Assembly (NCBI GenBank): GCA_025201805.1
Contig: MU619313.1
Coordinates: 43,056-107,055 of the forward strand
DNA from: Parasitella parasitica NRRL 2501
Taxonomy: Eukaryota > Fungi > Mucoromycota
Direction of reading: 5' to 3'
Length of the DNA stretch: 64,000 bases
A model generated the notes under the pieces. The model did no database searches and was not told where the DNA came from. It worked only from the letters and a program-made list of their open reading frames with translations. Made by a program: the position numbers and the translations under genes. Of this stretch, positions 56,508 to 64,000 are shown one piece after another; position 1 is the first letter of the stretch, and every line of letters begins with the position of its first letter.

Positions 56508-57459
56508 ATCCAGCGGCGACAAAAAAAAAAGAAGATGGGTGAATGTTTTAGATCAAATTATCCACTTGCTTTGGGGATAATGGGTAGTGTAAGCTGAGAG
56601 AGGGGTAGAGAGAAGGGACCTTGTTAGAATTAAAAGGTCTTTTCTTCATTTTCCCTACAAGTTTTATATGATAATATGTGTAACCTAGCCAGGGCTGGGA
56701 TTCAAGCATTGCTGACTGACAGGGATCGGAAATGGCTGAATACATTTCCGATTTTGTCAAACTTTGTTGATGAGTCAAAGTCAACTGTAAAAGTTGAGGG
56801 TTATCGGCACTGTCGGGTAACAGTATTTTATTTACGATCCTCTAAATGGGCATGCTTGTTCAAGCAGTAGGTGTTGGAAAGTGGTTGCAATTGCCAACAC
56901 TGATAATATCAACTTCTCGGGCAAAGAATATTCCCCTTTTCATCTTTCCAACTGGCATACTTGAACTCGATAATAATTCTGGCGTCTCGCCTGACCTTCA
57001 TGGCTGCATCAATTATATGAGTGATTCCCCAGATCATGTTGTCACTGTCGATTGTACTGCTTCAAAGGCTATTGTCACATATGTCCCTCTTGACTAAAGC
57101 AAAATCTCTCCAATCTCAACAAAAAAAAGCTTTGATGCTTATAAAGTATTATAATAAAAACAACTAGTTGACTATAGAGCATATAACAGCTATGGAAGTA
57201 AGATGTCACCAACCAAATCCCATCGACCATGGTCGGATTAGCAATGCCGTATTAGAAGAAACATCACACGCAATGAGCTAAAAGCTCTTTCATTTGCTAA
57301 AGGACAACTTGACACCCATACTTTGGCTGAGAGAAAAAGGTCGTATTTTTATGTGATGTTTTTATTTCATTTACATACAAGTGTACATTGATCTACTGAT
57401 GAGTACATAGGTTTTTGTTACTATACTACAAATGTTTTGAATGATATGACCAAATTAGA

Positions 57460-58088
57460 TCAATTAGTTTTTCTGACACCATTAATGTGAAAAGTAACTT
57501 CTGCAGGAGCAAATGTCATTTCTATAGTTATCAGTGCAATAATACCGTTAGCACGTCAAATCTCAACTAATAGCAACGATTCAAAACCTACCTACTGGTC
57601 CAGATTGTGATACAACATTGTGAACACCCCTATAATAAGAATCTTGTCAGTGAAGAGAAACACAAATGTCATATTATTCGACTTACTTTCCGGTGACGAT
57701 CAGTTTGTATTCGCCAGCTTTAAGTTTGTGTTTATTGGGGACTTTCCATTTGCGACTAATAGTATCACCTTGCCCCATTGACCATTTGATGGATGGAAAT
57801 GAACCGACAGGCTTGTTTGTGGCTACATGTACCAACTTTGCTGATGCTTCCTTCATGAGGCCATTTCCTCCTCTTTGCACTATTTTTTTTTTTTTTTTTT
57901 TTTTATTAATCTACATGCCATAGCCCCCTATCATACTGTGTGTATGTATATAATGTACCTGTATATTTGAACTCTATCACAGAACCAGGCCCGAAATACT
58001 TATCGCTTGTAGGGCTCTCGATCTTGATTGTGTCTGCGAAGACCATGACTATGGCAGCCATTAAGCATAGCAAAATACACTTGAACAT
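57460..58088 (-). CDS. Small secreted protein (probable beta-sandwich/Ig-like)
   Basis: Signal peptide MFKCILLCLMAAIVMVFA, then IESP..PGS.I, WKVP..AGEYKL.V spread across several short exons. Confidence 0.65.
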
Positions 58089-58663
58089 TTTTATCTAATT
58101 TCGCAAAGAAAAACTCTTTAATAAAAGGAGAAAGCAACACATTCTGCTTCTAGGCTACTTATATAAGCGTCTCAATAAAGAGCCATCAAAACAAAAAAGA
58201 CCCAAATAGACAGCTAATAGGATTCCAATGTTTAAATGATGTTGTACATTCTTGGCAATTAAGTTTTCTTTGTTCTCTCGGTTTGTCGATCTATCGATTT
58301 ATCTACATTGTTATAGATGTTGCTCGGATAATCCTGTGAAAACAAAAACAAAAAAATTCCTTTTTAGTCTAATGGCCTTCTTAATGTTTGAGAATGGCCC
58401 TGGTATATAAATGTGCATGACTATACGTTGAATTACAATGCATGAGAACCTCTTGATAAATACTATTCCGCCCAATATACGCACGCTGGAATCCATGTAG
58501 AATGACTAGGCGAGTCCAGACACAGTTGTTTACGAATCTATGCTCATTGTCCAAATCGAAAAGGCATTGAATTGGTCATACAACTCACATATCATATGTC
58601 TATATTTGGATGTCCTGTATAAACAATAATCAAGTTGTATTCGTAGTTGGTATGCGTACAGCA

Positions 58664-58698
58664 NNNNNNNNNNNNNNNNNNNNNNNNNNNNNNNNNNN
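58664..58698. other. 35-N gap/masked segment
   Basis: Run of N before a poly(A) tract. Confidence 0.95.
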
Positions 58699-58912
58699 AA
58701 AAAAAAAAAAAAAAAAAAAAAGAAAAGTACTTACAGGCTTCTTCATTTTATGAATGCTTCCCATTATGACATGCTGAACTTTAACCAGCACAAAAATCGT
58801 GTCAGGTCAGGAATGGCAAATATCTTTTATAAACCCAACAGCGTTTTACATATTCCCTCTTTCTTCCTCCTTAAAATTCTCTCACAACTGATTGATTTCA
58901 TATAAAAGATAC

Positions 58913-61900
58913 ATGTCAGACGCAGAGGAACAAGCAAGAAAGGCGAAACTTGCTGCCGCAAAGAAACGAGTATGTCATGTATTGGTGTAGCTACCCAGTC
59001 CGTTACTAATATCGACGTGTTAGCTCAAGAAGTTTCAGAGTAAGAAAGAGGAGCAAGCCGAGGCAGACACCCCTTCCGCCCAAGCAGCTGATGACAGTAC
59101 TGACACGCCCCAGACAATCACAAATACAAATAGCCGTAGCGATGCTGTAGTTTCATCACCTGCCACAGCCGATGTAGACACAAATGATTTGCAGGAACAA
59201 ATTAGCAAGCTCAAGTCTGACAAGGAAACCATGGTAATGAGTACCTTACACACCTACACTCCTGCAGATACTGAAACATGTCGATAGGAGCAGGAGAGCG
59301 CAGATAAGCAATCTGCATTAACAAGGCAATGTCGCAATCTTGAGCAGGAACTAGCTGCTTTGAAAAAGGAGCTTGAATCTAGTCAAGGCGAAATGAACAG
59401 TTTGAAAGAAGCCAACAGTCAATTGGATTCCACCAAGAGCGAACTCGACGCTGAGAGGAAAAAAGTAAAGGAACTAGGCGACACTCTTTCACAACTAATG
59501 CAATCCAAGGAAAAGCTTGACACAGATCATCAGAGTGAAATCACCTCCATAAAAGACCAATCAAAGTCAAAGACGGACGAGTTACAAGCGCAAATCGATC
59601 GATTAACCAAGGAAAAGGAGCAGGCATTGCACAAAATCGAGGAAGAATTACGAAAATCAGACCAAGAACGTGAAAAAGCAAATAAAGATCATGCTCAACT
59701 ACTAAAACTCAAGCAATCAACCACAAATGAATTGCAGTCGACAATTGACACTATTTGCAAAGAAAAGGAGGGCCTGGAGGCGAGGCTGCAAACTTCTGAA
59801 AAGTCTAAAAATGAGCAAATTGCTGCAACCAAGGAACTACAATCCAAGTTGGACACACTGGATACAGAACTGATTTCTTCAAAGGACAAATTGGGTAAAG
59901 AGCGTGCCGCAATGAAAGACTTGAGATCCAAGTTGGCGACCTTGGAATCGACTGAAAAGAAGGAAAAGAAGCAGAAAACCGGCCTGGAGCAAGAGTTATC
60001 CTCTGTCAAGCAGCAGTTGCAGGAAGAACGCTCAAAAGCAGCCGACCTTCAGACCAAGTTACAAGAACTTGATCAGCTAAAGCACAAAGACACTGAATTA
60101 TTTGAATCATCTACGGCTAAATTCGAAGCTGATATAGCATCAATCAAAGCTGAATTGGAAGCAGAGCGCTCAAAAACAAGTGGTTTGCAACTCCAAGTAC
60201 ACCAGCTGGATTCGTTAAAGAAGGAGTTGAGCCAACGTGAAATATCTGCTGTTGACATCCAAGAAAAACTATCAGATGCCAAAGAAAAGCTGCAGGTTCA
60301 ACAGGCCAAAGCAAGTGAGCTGCAAGCCAAAGTTGAAGACTGGGAAAAATTGAACCAGGACCAACAAGCCAAAATTGCTACATTAGAGCAAGATGTATCC
60401 TCCATTAAAAAACAGGTAGAAACAGAGCGCTCGAAGGCCCTTGATTCAAAGAGTCGGTATGACAAGGATATAGAAGAGCATAAATCGTCAGCAGCTAAGC
60501 TTGAAGCTACTGTGGCCGCCTTGAACGATTCGCTTGCATTAGAGCGTACGAAATCAACAGAATTTGAACAAAGACTAAGCGATGCTACCAAGCTTCAAGA
60601 AGACACTGCAAGCAAACTGAACAACATAAAAACCCAGCTGGCATCTCAAGAGACTAAAATAAGCAAACTTGAAGACGAAAAGATAAAACTTGAGCAGCAA
60701 GTCAACGAGTATGAAACTAACTTTAAAACAGAACAAAAAAAGGCTACTGATCTAGAAGCGAAGCTGAAAAAGTCGGAAAATCTACTCATTGAAAAGAAGA
60801 GCACCATCAGAACGCTTAAAAGCAGCGTCAAAGAAGAGCAGACAGAGAAGCTCGCATTGCAAGAAAAGAGTCTGGCTTTGCAAGCTTCCAAAGAAGAATT
60901 GGAGGCCGGCTTTGAGTCAGAGCGAACAAAATTAAAAGCATCAGAACTCGAGTTTCAGAAACTAGTAAACAAGCTCCAGGATGAACGCAAAGCCTCTATG
61001 GATTTAAAAGATCAAGTCAAAAAGCTCGAGCAGCTGAGGGATAACCACATTTCAGACCAGGAAAATCTTCAAAAAGAATTATCGACGTTGAAATCCGAGC
61101 TCCAAGCAGAGCGCACAAAGGCTGACGATCTGCAAAGTAAACTGGAAGATTTCGAACGACTAAAGCAGCGTGACACCAAAGAGTTTGAAATGTCCACAGC
61201 CAAGCTAGAGAAAACGATGTCTGGCATCAAGAAGGAACTCGAGTCTGAGCGTACAAAAGCGGATGAACTGCAATTTGAAATCGAGCAACTGGAAAAACTC
61301 AAGGAGCAACAACTCGAAGAACACAAAACCGCTAAATTTACTATGCAAGACGAGTTATCCGCAGTCAAGAAACATTTGCGATTAGAACGTATTAAAGCGG
61401 ATGAATTACAGGGCCAAGTTGAAAACTTGGACAAGATGAAGCAAAAGGATCTAGATGCATATACTGCCAACATGGCTGAACTAACTCAAAAGATGGCTGC
61501 CGTTGAAGAGCAGCTTCAGACCGAAAGAGCCAATGCTGATCAATTCCAGCTTCAGATTTCAGAGCTTGAATTACTAAAGAAACAGCATTCGAGTGAAGCC
61601 CAGGAGAAATCTATAGCTCTTGAAAGCGCAACAGCTGAATTAGCTAATCACCGTAAAAAAACAGAGCAGCTAAACAAGGAAATAGCTGCAATCAAGGAGG
61701 ACCAAGAGACCAGTAACAGTCAACTGGCATCCAAAATCTCTGAACTCGAGAAATTAAGGCAAGATTTGCAGACTCTTGAACTAGAACTGAGTGGCAAAGA
61801 TCAAGCACTAGCAGAAACCAACGACAGCCTTGCCAGTCGTGAAAGGGAAATAACAAAGCTAGAAGAGGCAATTCCGATTTTGAAGCGTGAAACTGAGGAG

Positions 61901-63856
61901 CTCAAATCAATTAAACAGAAGCTGATGGAAAAGGAATCGCAGTGTAGCGAAATGAACGCCAAGATTTCAGGCATAGAGCACCAAAAGAAAGATTTGGAGA
62001 GCAGATTGGAATCTACAGTGGAAGACTTGAACAAGACAAAAAAAGACTTGCAAGAACGGGACGAGCAGATTGCAACTAATGCTGGTGAATTTGACCAGTT
62101 CAAGCAGCAGCAAGAGCGTCATGCTGAGGAGCTATCTATGCTCCAATCACAAGCTGAAGAAAAGCTCAAAAACCAACAAGTCGAAACAAAGCAACTAGCT
62201 GAACAGCTGGAGACTTTGAATGAAAAGCTCAAAGAACAGACCATATCTTATGAAAGGCTTTTGTCTGATTCAGCTCGACTTGAAGGGCAAATCAAAGACA
62301 TGGAATTACTACAAAGTCAACTATCTGAGGTCCAAGAGCAAGTCGATCAGCAAAAACTTCTAATTGAAGACTATCAAAAGCGAATCGAAGAAGAAGCAAG
62401 CGCTAGAAAGGAAATTGAAAACAGCAAAGAGACACTTGGAGAGCAGCTGAAGGATTACGACCAGCTTAAGGCCAAGCTTTCCGATACTGAAAAGTCTCTC
62501 AAAGAAACGGCCACCAAATATGATCAAGAGCAGGCTTTATTAAGCGAAACCAACAAGAAAAACACAGCACTCATTGATAATCGTGCGAAAGAAATCGCAG
62601 ACTTGAAGAATTTGCTAGGCGACTATAAAGCTCAGTTAGAGAAATTGACAAACGAGATGGCGGAGGCCAGACAACACCATGAAGCTGAGAATGCGAGCAA
62701 AGCAGATGATTACAGCAAATTGCAGCACCGTACGATTGAACTGGACTCTCTTTTGGATGCTAAAACAAAAGAGTTGGAGAAAGTCAAAGCGCCTGCTGAA
62801 GAGACAGCCAACAATATCAAGTCAGCAAGCAGCAGTGATGAACTCGAAGTCAAACTGAATAGACTAGAATTAGAGCTTGCAGATCGCGAAAAGGAAACAA
62901 AGAAGCTTCGTGGTCAGCTAAAGTTGCTCAAGAATCAACATACTGTTCAATTGAAAAAGAGTGAATCTGCTTTAAAAGCAAAGGAATCTGAGCTTGAGGA
63001 ATACCGAAATAAGGGTACAAACGAGACTTCCACAGCGCCTAAATCTTCCAATGATCGAAATGCCGAAATTCAACTGAACGAGCTCAAACGACAGCTGCAA
63101 TCTCGTGATAAGAAGATGGAGCAGATGCACCAACAAATCAATGGGCTTCTGGCAGTAGAAAAGGAGTTCCATCGTTTGAGGGATGATTTAATGTCAAGAG
63201 AACAAAGAGTAACCGACCTGGAGGCATCCCTGGAAAGGAGCAAACGCGAAGCTTCTGAGGATGCGAGTGACAAACAGCTTACTCCAACAGAAATTGAGCT
63301 CAAGGTCAAGGAGCTTCGTGAGCGAGTACGTGAGCTGGAAGCCCAAGTCGCTGAAACGCCTGAAACGACAGAACTCAAGAGTCGCCTGCAAAGACAATTT
63401 GAAGCCTTCAACACCCTACGCGCAGAGATAACCACCCAGCGGTCAAGACAATTTAATGCCGAATCCAAACTTGAAAAAGACAAAACTACGATTGAGCGCG
63501 AGAAGAAGGATCTGGAGATGACAATCCATAGATTGAGAACGGATTATGAAGCCCATTTAGAGAAAGTGTGGGAGCAGTATCAGGAGATGAAGGAGCACCA
63601 TGAGAGTGATTTGCATTTGGGCCGTGCCGCTCTAGATGCTGCTCAAGTTAAACTGATGATGAATGGCTATAGTCCTGTCAGCGAGAATGGGTTTGAGTGG
63701 TCAAATACAGATGACGAAGCTGAGGAGGACGATGGTATACCTACCAAGCATATTCCTGCTGTGGGCAAATTGCCCCCATTGGAAAAACCCAAATTCTCTG
63801 AATTCTTGGAAGTGCCAAGATGTGATAGTTGTAGTGCTGAAGTTTTTGAAATTTAA
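58913..63856 (+). CDS. Giant coiled-coil protein, GM130/Bug1-like golgin candidate
   Basis: Two short 5' exons give MSDAEEQARKAKLAAAKKRLKKFQSKK. About 1500 aa of coiled coil follow; the C-terminus is CDSCSAEVFEI*. Confidence 0.65.
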
Positions 63857-63928
63857 TCATACGAAATAGATATAAAATAAACCGTCATTGATTTTGGTTA
63901 CTTTCTATAAACAATTTATAAGTGGGAA

Positions 63929-64000
63929 TGTCACTTACCCAATAGTATTAAAAGGTCAAAGTCAAAGATGCAGCGCTCGATTAATATTGAGTTATCTCCA
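63929..64000 (-). repeat. Second copy (end) of the LTR-like repeat, truncated by the window edge
   Basis: Reverse complement matches 33221-33292 at ~89%; similarity stops just beyond the GTGACA terminus. Confidence 0.8.

Noticed and set aside
56676-57097. Short ORFs upstream of COX15
   Set aside because: No recognisable domain and stops in the more protein-like frames; at most a decayed relic.
59695-63483. Many antisense Ser/Leu/Phe-rich ORFs (also opposite MLP1, RIO2 and KAP123)
   Set aside because: Shadow ORFs produced by E/K/Q-rich sense codons.

Overview
AT-rich, gene-dense eukaryotic DNA with short (~50-90 nt) GT-AG introns. Gene content suggests an early-diverging fungus, most likely Mucorales (inference). 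The main accessory feature is a nested mobile element at 988-6312: a TA-flanked DNA transposon with 67-bp terminal inverted repeats (3 mismatches) and no recognisable transposase. It carries an intron-containing, now pseudogenised Fanzor (eukaryotic TnpB/OMEGA RNA-guided RuvC nuclease) gene with two N-terminal CCHC knuckles. Downstream of the gene lie a G-U-rich hairpin (candidate omegaRNA) and a ~22-bp-periodic CGTCT array running into the right TIR. A 5'-truncated L1-like retrotransposon (poly(A), 7-bp TSD TAATTGA) has inserted into one Fanzor exon. The rest is mostly host genes: PAQR/IZH, SPT3, BRD7/9-like, Zn2Cys6 TF, FAM72-like, AVL9, RIO2, an EED/LRWD1-like WD40 head-to-head with RBBP4/MSI1, two ECL1-like paralogues, a class C GPCR, alanine aminotransferase, MLP1/TPR, importin-4, COX15 and a GM130-like golgin. 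There is also a probable solo LTR with a second copy at the window end, and a mariner transposase relic. All calls come from motif recognition by eye; no searches were run, and exon boundaries are manual.
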